A stretch of DNA of 63,445 bases, the filler included, from Octopus bimaculoides (lineage: Eukaryota), in assembly GCF_001194135.2 (NCBI RefSeq). It is 5 parts of 4 records of this genome, joined end to end, with 100 filler letters (N's around TTAATTAATTAA, not from the genome) between each part and the next. Parts side by side here need not be neighbours in the genome. Positions count along the whole stretch, not along the records: positions 1 to 28,483 come from NC_068984.1; 4 more parts are not named here. One strand, 5' to 3'. A model generated the notes under the pieces. It ran no database searches. It was given only the letters and a program-made list of their open reading frames with translations, and was not told where the DNA came from. The position numbers were made by a program, and so were the translations under genes. Below, one piece after another: positions 1 through 12,799 of the stretch (the stretch's first letter is position 1; each line of letters opens with the position of its first letter).

Positions 1-65
1 CAAGGCGCACAGAGCTGCGCTCGGTAGTGAAGTGAAAGCACGTTACAAAAATAAAACTACTGAAC

Positions 66-127
<62 letters not shown>

Positions 128-364
128 TTCAGACAAATACATAACAAAAACACCAGGACTTACAAATATATATAACATACAGAAAATTGCACTACTGGGT
201 ACTGCACACATTCTACGCAAAACACTTTCAATGCAGTAAACATAAGAGCACCACAGCAAACCACAGCACATACCCAAGGCGCACAGAGCTGCGCTCGGTA
301 GTGAAGTGAAAGCACGTTATAAAAATTAAACTACTGAACAATAATAATAATAATAATAATAATG
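1..364 (+). mobile_element. Two tandem 3' ends of an R4/Dong-like RLE non-LTR retrotransposon, each followed by (AAT)n
   Basis: 1-64 repeats 276-339 almost exactly. Copy 2 (~123-339) encodes IQKIALLGTAHILRKTLSMQ* (TAA 237-239), a typical RLE-LINE C-terminus. (AAT)n at ~66-124 and 340-364. Same family as 17170-17705. Confidence 0.85.
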
Positions 365-2105
365 ACAGTTGGAATTGTAGGGAAAGATCTCTCTCCCACT
401 CTGAAGTCAAAGTTTAGCAGGAAATGTTGTTTATAAATGTACAATACTGACAGAAAATAATAACTTTGTTTATATAGGGTGCTAAGTAAATGTGAAAAAA
501 GGATTGAATAACCATTTTTCATCCTTTAGACTTATGCATAATGTTAATCGTACTTCATTATCTGCGAAAATCTGGGAATTTAAAGACAATAATATCAATT
601 TTAGTCTTAAATGGGATTTATTGTGTAGATCTCAACCATACACAAATAGCCGATATGGATGTGACATTTGTTGTAATGAATTATATAATTTTTTAAAATA
701 TAGACACAAGAACAACTTAATAATAAATTAGATCTTAGACTCTCATGTGTTCATAAGATTACCCGTACCTTTAAATACTTTAGAAGTTGATAATTATTTA
801 GTATATCATATATTTTGGTGGAGGGGAGACTAAAAGTTTTCTTCAACCCATTTGATCTATTATATCTGAGTAATCATAATAGCTACCTACTCAATCCCAA
901 TGGTGAACTCATTTTATCACGGTTAGTATACATATGCTACTTTTTCCTAACAAGTCCTTAATTTTCAAATCTCGACCAATTATAAAATATACCCTATATG
1001 ATCTGTTACTATCATACCTCAATACATGTTCTTCGTTGTATTTTTAATATATTCTAACCTATTTCTAATGATAATTTTAATTCATTTTATCTTTATTATC
1101 GCCCGGTATACTTATGCCTTTTCCCATCTAGTATTAATAATTAATTAATATTCTGATTATAACTATTTATATACCAATTCCATTATAATATATTCTTTTT
1201 TTTTTTTCATCTTATATTGCCTTATTTCCTTTTTATACATCTTGTTATAGCATCTTTTATTGGCTTACTTTTATAAAAAAAAAAAAAATTTAAGAATTTT
1301 TTTTAGTATAACTATTTTAATAATTTTCTATTATAGATTTTATATGCAACTAATGTCTAATTTATAAATCTGATACCTTATACCCTTACATCTTTAGATT
1401 TTATACACCTTTCATAGAGTTTTCATAATTTGTGTATGTGCTATTGATACTTTGACAATTTAAAAAATTTTCTTTCATATATCTCACTGTGTACTGAGCT
1501 TAAAATTATAAAAGTATTATAATTTTATTACACATTGTATTTTATATATATTTTATATGGTTTATATTTTCATGCCTTTGTATCCTTTATATCATTTATA
1601 TATCTTATATTTTCTTATATTATTTTTTATTTCCTTATACTTCAAAAAATTTATAGTGTAAAATTCTGGCGGTAATTTATAATTTTAATTGTTTTTCCAT
1701 GAAATTCGTTATATGCTGGAATCTTATATTAGCATATATTAAATTATACATTATCCTCTTATTTAGTTATATTTGAAATTACTTTCTTGCCTTTATATAT
1801 CTATATATTTACATTTTGCTTTAATGGTATCGGTAAACTAAGTTTAAAACTTACTCCTTCCATTTCTCTCTTAACTTATATCTCACCCATATTCCTTTTA
1901 ACATTTCACTTTTCTTCTCCCTCTCTCATCATGCACCACCCCATGGCCCACTCTTTGGTGTAGATATAGCCGGATGTAAAGTCCCATTTTCTTAGATAGT
2001 AGAACGGTCTTTCATGATACTAATAAATTTATAACTCCCTAAAAGTCTAATTTTAGTTGTTTTAAGGACTACATTCTCCTCATTGTCTTCGATGTATAGA
2101 TAGCA
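365..2105 (+). mobile_element. Penelope-like element remnant: decayed GIY-YIG endonuclease (365-731) plus AT-rich 3' region
   Basis: Translation NVVYKCTILTENNNFVYIG...NHFSSF...TSLSAKIWEFK...KWDLL...PY...CDICCNE matches the Penelope EN pattern (VVYK..YIG, terminal CxxC). The 3' boundary is approximate. Confidence 0.7.
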
Positions 2106-2178
2106 TGGTCACTACTCTCATTTATTCCACCCCCTGCCATCACCATCGTATGTGAAGGATGAACTCTCAAGTAGTAGT

Positions 2179-2220
<42 letters not shown>

Positions 2221-3351
2221 ATGTATGTATGTATGTATGTATGTATGCATGTATGTATGTATGTATGTATGTGTATATNNNNNNNNNNNNNNNNNNNNNN
2301 NNNNNNNNNNNNNNNNNNNNNNNNNNNNNNNNNNNNNNNNNNNNNNNNNNNNNNNNNNNNNNNNNNNNNNNNNNNNNNNNNNNNNNNNNNNNNNNNNNNN
2401 NNNNNNNNNNNNNNNNNNNNNNNNNNNNNNNNNNNNNNNNNNNNNNNNNNNNNNNNNNNNNNNNNNNNNNNNNNNNNNNNNNNNNNNNNNNNNNNNNNNN
2501 NNNNNNNNNNNNNNNNNNNNNNNNNNNNNNNNNNNNNNNNNNNNNNNNNNNNNNNNNNNNNNNNNNNNNNNNNNNNNNNNNNNNTATATATAAACATATA
2601 GTAATAGTAACAATAAACCGTACATAAACGTATATGTATGTATTAGCTGTACTCGCTGAAATGTAATCGTATTTTGAAAGCTGTCGCATTTTTGGAAGGA
2701 AAATCTATACAGAGAACCATGAATTACACGAATTGTTTGCTTTTAAATTGTATTTGTTTTTAAATATTTTATACCACACATGTAATACAGAAGATGCAGT
2801 CGTAGGAGAGAACATATTTGAAAATTATACTTTTTATTGTACACTTGTCATCACTTCTATCTTGAAAGCTGTTATTTATTAGTTTTATCTTCATGCAAAG
2901 AAGTGAACACGCTCTAGAAAGAGCTATAATTGTTCATTTGAAAATACTGGTTTACTCCTCTTCGTGTTTCCATTGTGAATACTTTACTGAAGTGACTGAA
3001 AATGTGTTGAAGAAAAAAATATATATAGCAGACGCTTTGAATAATTCTAACCATGCAACAAACACGAAAGCATTATCCATTCATGATATTATTTTTACGA
3101 CAGTACAAATATATTGGTGGCACCAATGTATTTGTATTGTGTGTGTTGGGAGATCGCTGTTTTTGTGGTTCATCAACATCACATACTCGAACTGAAGTCC
3201 ATGACTTTCATATGTTTTAACACCCAGCACTTTGAGAGAGAGTAATCTCCACTTCACTAAATCGCAGCCTACCGGCAAATACACTGTACTTGTAGGTTAA
3301 GTATGTGTGGTCGATAATGTTTAAATATACGTTCTTCTTTTCATTTTTTTT

Positions 3352-3557
3352 TCTTATTTCAGTTACTTGACTATGGTCATGCTGGAGCACCTCCTCGATT
3401 TTTTTTAGCAGAAGGAATCGATCCCAGTACTTGCTTTTTAAGCATGGTACTTATTTTATCAGTCTCTTTTGCCGAACTGCTAAGTTACAGGAACGTAAAC
3501 ACACCAAGACCGATTATCAAGTGGTGATGGGGGAACAAACACAGACAAAAAGACACA

Positions 3558-3651
<94 letters not shown>

Positions 3652-3820
3652 CGATAGGCTTCTTTCTGTTTCTCTCTCCCAAATCCACTCACAAGGTTTT
3701 GGTCAGCTTGAGAGTCTGTAGTAGAAGACACTTGCCCAAGGTACCACGCAGGAGGACTGAACCCGGAACCATGTTGTTGGGAAACAAGCTTCTTACCGCA
3801 AAGCCACGCCTGTGCCTATA
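3352..3820 (-). mobile_element. tRNA-derived SINE, family A (octopus-type), with internal (CA)n(TA)n
   Basis: Decayed pol III A/B-box head on the - strand, CTTGGGCAAGTGTCTTC core, tail resembling GACTGAAACAAGTAAAAG. About 10 related copies in the window. Confidence 0.85.
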
Positions 3821-3934
3821 TACATATATATTTTTGTTCCAGAGTTAAGCATTACAGACTTGTACTGGCAGAGTAATACCAAAGATATATATGTGAGTTA
3901 TCACAGTTTCCACCTACCAAATTTCATTCGGAAT

Positions 3935-4235
3935 AGATAACTCAGCTCAAAGCTAGAGCAGAAGAAAACTGGCCAAAGGTGTCGCACAGTAAGGGAGAAC
4001 CGATAAACACGAGCGTGTGATGTGAACTTCTGAACATCAGTGCCATGCCCGCGCCAATGCTGGCTGGTGGTGGCTGTCGTCTTAGGCAGAGGACACCGCC
4101 ACAATACAGGAAGATCATAAATTGCACCAACAAAATTGGTCGGGTCAGGGGCTGGAGCTCCTTGTTCAAACTGAACAAGAGGCCTTAAATTCAGTACCTG
4201 ACTCGATAAACTTGCCTGACGGCACGTGACTATTT
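3935..4235 (+). mobile_element. Short diverged fragment of the Tx1/L1-like ORF1 family seen at 4490-6140
   Basis: ~4070-4230 aligns by eye with ~5360-5475 (CTTAG.CAGAGGACACCGCCACAATAC...CCTGACTCGATAAAC.TGCCTGA.GGCACGTGACTA) and carries ~48 extra bp. Confidence 0.7.
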
Positions 4236-4489
4236 CTGTGACACACGAGCCAATTTCTGTGACAATTGGTTCGTATGTTATATGTCGGTTAACTACAGTT
4301 ACTATCTCTTCAACCAAATAACTTACTTCATTATATAAGGATTGAACAACAATTAAATTTCAAAATGTACATAAAAGCTTCTTTAAAAGACAAACTTTAG
4401 ATCAGTCATGTGGTATTAAGTTAACCTAACAATTGTTTTCTTCTTCTTCTTCGTATTATTATTATTATTATTATTATTAGTAGTAGTAG

Positions 4490-6140
4490 TATAGTTGTCG
4501 CCTTGGCTGGACGTGTTTGCTTGAGCACCGTAAGTTGGAAATTTTGTTGTCGTTTTCTTTTGAAGATTGTTGGATTTTGCTTCTATCGTTGATATTATTG
4601 AACCCTTCTTGTTGACTAGAAGGAGTTCCTTGTTGAAGGCCCGCCGTTTTAGAAACAATTTTGAACAGTTTGGTCCTTAAATATTTTTTTTGTTTTTCGT
4701 CTAACGATAAACAAGATGGCTTCGTTTGTCGAGGGGAGTGGCAGTAGCTGTTATGACGGCCTCGAGGATTCCCCGCTCTGAACAGCCCAAACAACGACAC
4801 CAGCACCATCATTAACATAGAAAAGGAAAATAAAAGAGAAAACACCGCCAACGCCATCACCGCCATGAACATCAACAAGAACAACGAATAAAATGCAAGT
4901 ACAAACGCGAAAGACAAATCCAACACACACGGTTTCGCTTCCGCAGCGAAGCAGACAAGAGAAGAAAAAAATAAACCTCACATTAGAGAACATAAAAGAA
5001 TTCAAAGTGGCTATTAGTGAGACAAGGCAACAATAACTCACTAAATACCCTACAAGAAATGATTATGAACACCAACAGAAAAACAATAACGTATAAATGT
5101 ATTTAAAAAATGACATTGGTACGAGCAACACAACGAAAACTGGAATTGATTCTGAAACCAATTTGGAAAAACAAAATGTATGTGACACGTCGAAAACGGT
5201 TTGGCACTGTGGAAGTGCGCTTCGCAACGGAAAAAGAAGCAAGAAAACATTTCACAGAGCCTCTATCTTCGGAAGACCTGCTCGTGCCGACATATCTTGG
5301 TCGGCGTGTTACCAAAATTAAAATTGGGGAGGTCTCCCCTGAAATAAATATATGCTGGGTGGTGGTGGCTATCTTCTTAGACAGAGGACACCGCCACAAT
5401 ACTGGAGGTTCATAAATTGAACAAGGGGCCTAAATTCAATACCTGACTCGATAAACCTGCCTGATGGCACGTGACTACACGTGGCTGTGGAGAGCAGGGG
5501 GAAAGGTGCTATTTTTGTGGTGACCAAGGCCACTAGAGGGACGACTGCCCTAAGAAGAAGAGGCAACTGGCCCTTCTGTCGACACAAGAACTGGAGGCAC
5601 CTCCACTACAGCAGCAGAAACCAGTGATCACTCAAACGCCAACACCATCACCAGCAGCAGCAGCAACAACAGTGACGCTGCCTCCAACTGTCGCCACGAC
5701 ACCACCAACACCAACAACAAAGACACCAGCCGGAGTACCACCACCACCAGTAGCAGTATCACCACCACCAACAGCTACTACAACAATAGCAGCAGAACAA
5801 ATGAACGTTAACTAAACCAAGACCCAGAAAAAATACCGCTTCCCGACCCAAACAACTCAGACTGTTCGAGTACTGAGGTCGAGAGAGGGTGGTAGACAGT
5901 ACCCCCCCCCCCCCAAAAAAAAGAAAGAAGAGCACCAAAGAGATAATAGAAGGAAAAAAGGGAGAGGCGCAGAACTTCTAAACAGCAGCAACACACACAA
6001 AACAACCAACAACAACAAGACCACCATCTCCACCAGTACTACCAACATAATGTAAACCACAAACTCCACAAACATCATCAACCTCACAGCCATCAACACA
6101 GACGACACAGACCTTAATAACATATCTACGTGACAATACA
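4490..6140 (+). mobile_element. 5' UTR and decayed gag-like ORF1 of a probable Tx1/L1-clade LINE; ORF2 absent
   Basis: ATG at 4716 after a ~220-nt leader. CX2CX4HX4C knuckle CYFCGDQGH*RDDC at 5507-5548 (in-frame TAG 5534), then a Pro/Thr-rich tract (ORF 5624-5815). Multiple stops and frameshifts. Confidence 0.7.
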
Positions 6141-6149
6141 AACACAAGA

Positions 6150-7157
6150 AGAGTTGGCTCCAAGTCTCACCCAAAAACCTCAAGAGACAAGTTAGAAGTT
6201 CATGTTGGTGGTTTTGTACATAGTATTGATCTAGAGAATGTTTGAGAAAACATAAGAAAATTATGAGTTTGTTTTAAAATTTAAGATTACATAGACAGTA
6301 TTTTACGTAGGATATGGGCAGGTATTGTTTTAGTCTTGAGGTTCCACATTTTGCCAATTTCTATTTCAAGATCTTTATACTTGCTCTGTTTTTGGTAGGT
6401 CTTGACAGATACATTTATATCGATTGGGACAATCAAATCAATGAGGAGGCTTGATTTTTGTTTGAAATCTTTCAATATAATGTCTTGCCTATTCGCATTT
6501 ATCTTTCTGTCAGTTTGAATGGCGAAGTTCCAGAGTAGTGAGATGTGATCATTTTCAAGCAGTGGAGGTGGTTTGTGTTCTCACTAGTTTTTATCATGAG
6601 GCAAGTCCAGGTTTTTGCAAATTACCCAATGAATATATTGTGCTGCTCTACCATGCCTGTTGAGATACTCTGTAGGCTCAAGAAGACTGTACATGTAGAC
6701 AACATGATCAATGGTTTCATTTTGTTGTTGATATACACGACATGTTGGCCTACTGTCGATCTTTAATATGTTGGCCTGGTAGTTTGTTGTAGGTGAGCGT
6801 TGATCTTGTTTCTGATTTTAAGCCAGAAGACACTAAGTATTGATGGGTAAGGTCTTTGTCAACATCGGCATTATTAGCTCTCTTTGGGTATTTGCTACTG
6901 AGAGGTTTTTCTTGCCATTTATCAGTAAGAATATCTAAGGCAGCAATTTTAGCACGGGTTTTCATACGCTTATATTTTTCTGTGTTTGTTTCCAGTACGT
7001 CTAATTCTGGAATTTGTTGTATTTGGAATTCACTTAGATATTCCTTTCCCTGTTTTGTTACTGAGTATGATGCTTTCTTGTTTTCATGCTTTGAGACAGG
7101 TTTTAACATTCAGTCATCAGAGTTTTTCAGGTAGGTGTCTAGGCCAATTGTGGCCAA
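6150..7157 (-). mobile_element. 5'-truncated R4/Dong-like RLE LINE (post-RT region, zinc knuckle, PD..D endonuclease, 3' UTR)
   Basis: KWQEKPL...GLKSET, then RHDRAAQYIHW and NRPDIILKDFKQKSSLLIDLIVP...HILRKILSM*. (AAT)n lies directly upstream on the element strand (7158-7215). Confidence 0.85.
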
Positions 7158-7159
7158 TA

Positions 7160-7212
<53 letters not shown>

Positions 7213-7479
7213 TATACGAAAATGCACCAGACTATCAGAAGACCTCCCAGGTTTGAACCTCACTAAAATATATAAATAGAAAATACTCGATATTAATTGG
7301 AGGAAAGAAAAGAGGGAAACAATGTTGCTATTTTGTCCGATCAGTTCCAATGTGAAGGATATAGTTTGAGGAAATAATTAAGAAAACAGCATACAGAAAA
7401 AAAACGGATTCTAAAACATTTTGATGGGGAGGAATAAGGTCTCAAATCTGTCTGTGGCAAGCGCTGAAATCGCTGGAAA

Positions 7480-8394
7480 TAATCATTCATAATCACCAGA
7501 CAATGAAATCATCAAATTTACAGCAACAACAACAGTAACAACAATATCAACAGCCGACAGCGACAACAATGACAAAGACAAAAACAAAAAATAAAAATAA
7601 TAATGTTCGCCTGCATCTTTAGAAAAAAAACTCACGAAGGAAAATAATTGATGGAGTACTGTGAAAAGAAGGAAATAATAGAAGCCAGAAAAGAAGCAAG
7701 CAAGGAAGGAAGAATGGATAGCGAGAGGTGGGGGAGAGGGTAACGAAGTAGCGAGAAATAAAAGAAAAGAAGGTAGAGAAATGAAAAAGAAAACTAAAAA
7801 GAAATAAAAAGCGTAAATACACAAAAGACAGGAAGAATAAAAATGGAGAAACAAAAACAAAGATAAAAAAAAACAAAATTATATATAACTTAGTATTGAT
7901 AAAATCCGAGTTACGTTAATAGCAGCCTGAAATAAAATAGACAAGTAAAAAAAAAAGAGGAATAATAAATAAATAAATGAAAAATAAATGGATGAATTAT
8001 TGATCCAATCATCTCATAATAGACACAGTTCTGATGCAAACACGGTGCTAAGTAACCCTTCTCTTAGATAAATAATAGAAAGACATAATAAAATATCCAT
8101 CTCTCGAAAAGCGCTCTTTTTCTTCGTCTTCATCTCTATCGTAGTGACAATATTTTTTCTCGTCATCGTCAAAGTCATCAACAGTAACAGTAGCAACATC
8201 ATCATCATCATCGCCACTAACACTAACACTAACACTAACACCACAGCTACCATCATCAAAATCATTATGATTGCCGTCCTCATCATCATTATCATCAACA
8301 GCATCATCATCACCGCCATCATCATCGTAATCATCATTATCGTCGTCATTATCATTATCATAATCGTTATCATCGTCACAATCGTAATCACCAC

Positions 8395-8430
<36 letters not shown>

Positions 8431-8825
8431 GACCATCATCATTATTATTAGCTTCATAATCATTATCATCATCATCATCATCATCATCATCATAATCGTA
8501 ATCACCGTCATCATCATAATCTTAATAATAATAATAAAATAATAATAACAACAACAACAACAACAATAATAATAATCCTCCTCCTCATCATCATCATCAT
8601 CATCATGCCATTACCTTAATTATATTTTCTCTGCTTTTCTTTTGTCTTGTCTTCATCGCTTCATCTCTTTTGTTACATCTTTGTCTCTGTCTTCTTTAAC
8701 AGCTTCGTCGTCGTCATTTTTTTTTACATCTTTTCTTCTTCTTCTTCTTTTTCTTCTTCTTCTTCTTCTTCTTCTTCTTCTTCTTCTTCTTCTTCTTCTT
8801 CTTCTTCTTCTTCTTCTTCATTTTA
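7480..8825. repeat. Low-complexity block: purine-rich tract, degenerate (ATC)n, (AAT/AAC)n, (TTC)n
   Basis: Directly visible. It explains the poly-I/M/L/S pseudo-ORFs. Confidence 0.9.
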
Positions 8826-9751
8826 CACTTTCTGTATTACTAGAGCTGTTCGGCAGGTTTTTCTTTGATGTCTATAAAATTGATTGGTTTGCTTTTAAAG
8901 ATGGCAATACAAAATGGCGAATGATAAATCGACCGAGTCCTGTAGACAAATAAAATCCATACACTTACAAATTCATACGTACATGCACTCATATACTCAC
9001 TCACTCACTCGCACAAACGTAGACACTAACACAATATGTTCTGCTAAAATCGTATCTTTCAGCTCAGAAACGTTTTTCTTTCAGTTGTACATGTCTGTTT
9101 TACTTATAAATGGTCTTACTTTCACGCAGACTTTTTTCTCTGACGACGTTATTTACACTCTCACTCTTCCGCCCCTTCTTACTATCCAAAACATAGTTTT
9201 CAATCTCATTATTATTCTCTCTATCGATCAGTCAGTCTTTACTTCATTCACACTTTTAAACTGCTTTCTCGTCTTCCCTGTCTCTCTCACATATTGATAT
9301 AAAGACATACATTGTTTCTCTTACCTATATTTCTCCGCAGTTGCGTACAGTATTACTTGTATATAAATAGGTACAATTTTACTTCTTTTAATAATTGGTG
9401 CTTTACTCCCTTTCTCTTTCTCACTTTTCCTCTTCTTATTTCTTCACCTCTTTTCTTCCCTCCTTCTTTTACCCCACCCCTTTGGCTTAATATATATATA
9501 TATGGTACACAAACAGTCAAATCTGAGTACACAGATTTGTATAAAAGATACAGCTGTAAGTTGATGAAGCTAATTGCATAATTCCAGTTCCCTTGTCCTT
9601 CCATTAATTTCATATAACGATATTAAACTCAGTACTCGCCTAACGTTTTATTCTAAAGCATGTACATATTGAGTCAGGTTTATATCATCGCTATTTCTAA
9701 GTTCCTAAGTGAAATCATATATATATATATACGAGGTAGTATCAAAACTAG

Positions 9752-10182
9752 TTCTGTAGATAAATGGTATGAACATGACAGAGTAATGGAAGTTAGAAAG
9801 CCTGATTTGGTAGTATTAGATAAAGAGAATAGAAAGTGCCAGATAATTGACTTTACGGTCCCAAATAATGAAAAAATTCAATTTGAGAGGTACAGACAAA
9901 TAGCAAAGTATGAGGACCTAACCATTGAATTACAGAGACTAGGGAAAGTGCGGGTAAAATGTATCCCAGTGCCTAAAGGTGCATTAGGAACTATCCCTAA
10001 AAATTTGAACAGATGGATAGAGGAAATAGGCATAAACCTAGTTTAGTACAGCTCCAGAAAACAGTTATTAGGGACAGGTAGGATACTTAGGAGGGTTCAC
10101 AGCATCTAAGGCTACTTGTTGTAGCCCGATGTTAGGATTCTTTTCTAACAGTCTAATCTGTTGAGGGTACATGAAAATAGTA

Positions 10183-10238
<56 letters not shown>
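9752..10238 (+). mobile_element. 5'-truncated R4/Dong-like RLE LINE (second family) with (TAA)n tail
   Basis: DKWYEH...RKPDLVVLDKENRKCQIIDFTVP...KYEDL...GALGTIPK...LLGTGRILRRV; tail at ~10177-10238. Confidence 0.85.
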
Positions 10239-10240
<2 letters not shown>

Positions 10241-10349
10241 TACGATAGACGATAATTGATAATTGATAATAATGCAATAGCTGGAAGTATTTTCATTAGG
10301 AAAAATTTTACATATAAAAGTTTGATTTTTATTGAAGATGGTTTCAATT

Positions 10350-12133
10350 TTGCAAATTATTCTTTACCATTGTGATTTTAGCAAAACTTTTGATTAGTAA
10401 AACAAGTAAAAAAGTACTTACATTTTTCATTTCGGTATTTCTTATATGAATGTGCATTTTTACATAATTGTAGATATTCGAACACACATATACACTAGTA
10501 TGGTAAATTTTAAAATTTAGAAATGATCGGAATTTATGAAGATTTACTAGCTTCAAATTTTATTGAAAATTTACAAAGAATTTTCTCTGAATTCATCTTA
10601 AGAAATATACTTGCCGTCGTAACTGATGGAACAAGTTTTATCTTTAAATGTAACAAGAATATTAACTGCGAGCATCATTTATGTTACGAACATGGAGTTC
10701 ATTTATCCGTTTGTGATGTTCTTTACAAGAAATCTATGATGAAGCAAATTTAACTAATGACCAATGCAACCATGGCGACGAGTTGGAAGATAAATTTGTG
10801 GCTGATTCAAATGTAGATTCTGCGTTTATGAATGCGGCTAATAACTATGTCGATCAGCAACAAATTTAATATAGTGAAATAATTCTTATTACAGAAGACC
10901 TTTCCACTGAAAAGAAGCCATGCATTGGCAATGTCATAATTGTCAGTTTATTTGGTAGATCTCCAACAAAAAATTGAATGCTTCTGAATTATGTTATAGA
11001 GGAGAATGGTCATAAATTGCACATAGTCAATTGTATTAACACATGATGGAATGATTTATTTGTAACGTTAGAACGAATTTTGTTCCTTAAAAGCTATATT
11101 GCAAAAGTTATGATGGATGTAAGGCAACCTATCGACTTTTCAGACATTGAATTAAATGGTATTCATGCTGCTGTGCCGGTACTGAAACCAATTAAAACTG
11201 AAGTTGAAAAACTAAATCGGAAGGATGCAACACTGATCTCGGCAGAAGGCGTAGTTGCTGTTATTTTAGAAGAAATGAATTGGCAAATTAGTCCAATGTT
11301 CCTCTTGCTGAGAGAATGGATCAAGAAACGAACTGAAAAGCACAGGAATAAATATCTGAGAGGATCGAAGTACTTAAGAAACTCTCTTTTAAATTTGGAA
11401 GTACTTGACTCCTTTCAAATCCCCCCCCCATACACTTCACAGCAAAATATTGCAAAACAAAAGTGTATAAAAGAACGTTCGTCCATCATTTTGTCAGAAG
11501 TATCTCTTACTTCCCATTCTGAATCTGAACCCCATGGTAATCGAAGCACTCACTCCTTCAAAAAGAAATGTTCCAACTACAGAGATTATATGTTAGCATA
11601 ATTAAGAAAGCTGTTGAAAATAAACAGAATATTCATTCATCTTATGATCCAAAAAACATTGTTAGAGATGAAAACGTTTGAAATTACAGAAGATAAATTA
11701 TTAACTTCCAGGAAGTACTCTTTGCTCTCAGTACTATTTCCCTAACTTCCATTGAAGCGATGATAGCCTGTTCTGCTCTACAGCTTTTTGTTTTACAATA
11801 TGTCGGTCATGTTTGAGCGATACCACCGACAATGTCAGCCTCTTGAGAGAATACTAACAATCTGATTGATTTAATCTTAGTATACACGAACATTTTAATA
11901 TTTTTCGTAAAATACTAGTTTTCTACACAAATATACGTTTTATATCAGAGTATTTTCATGTTCATTATCCTTATTTTTTAGTATACAAATCAGTAGGTCA
12001 TTAAATAAGAAAGAAAATATATGAGACGTAAAAATTACAATCTATTCCGGAAAATTCCCAGTAATTCTAGATCTTTTATTTTAAAATCCTGATTTCCGCT
12101 AATGTCGATTTTCGGGAAATTCAGAAACTCTAG
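10350..12133 (+). mobile_element. Decayed hAT-superfamily DNA transposon
   Basis: ILAVVTDGT...HHLCYEHGVHLSVCDVLYK (D and CxxH-like motifs), TRWND-like segment near 11040, ORF 11080-11601. Right end has TTCCGG/TTCCC subterminal repeats ending GAAACTCTA. Left TIR not found. Confidence 0.75.
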
Positions 12134-12799
12134 TCAACTCGGGCCTTAGTTAGCACTTTTTCTTTATTCATAGCACTGTTTCAAATGTAATACCACACAA
12201 ACACACACGCGCCTGCGCGCGCGTATAAGTGTATGTGTGGTAGTTGGTCATGCAATAAGTATTTATTGCATGAAATGAATTAATTTCGGAATTAATTCAT
12301 GAAGAGAAATCATCTAGTTTCATAACGTAGCTTTTGAGAATGTTTTATATATGGAAAATAAAAAAAAGAGACTCGTAGATATATATTTACTTACCTCATT
12401 TACAAATTAATTGAGTTCTTCGATCTTTCAGGGCAAATATATATTTATTATATTTCCTTTTAATTATTTGTGGAAGCAATTTTTTTAACTGACATGAAAC
12501 AAAGCTGAAAGTATTTTCTTTCCTGTTGAAGTTCATTTAATTTTCTTCAATGCAGAAAAGGACCACTCTACTGAAGCAGTTGTAGACACAATTGTCAAAA
12601 AGCAAATTCCAAAGATCGATGAGTTATGGTAGAGTATCAAGAAGGTCAGTGATATAAATCTACTGGATTATATTACATATACTTTTGGTTTTTAAAATTT
12701 TCCATTATTTATATAACACGTACTTCATTCAATTAAACAAATTATGCAAAAATAGTACTATAAGTTTTTTTACTAAAAGCATCTACAGAAAATTGTTGG

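Noticed and set aside
3095-3225. YKYIGG...GDRCFCGSS, reminiscent of a WSC motif
   Set aside because: Spacing is wrong, an in-frame stop follows, and the later cysteines and CGG are missing.
9729-9755. TACGAGGTAGTATCAAAA, mariner-TIR-like start
   Set aside because: Too short, with no partner TIR or coding remnant.
12385-12500. Perfect - strand donor AG|gtaagt with upstream acceptors
   Set aside because: All three frames contain stops; no supporting partner exon.
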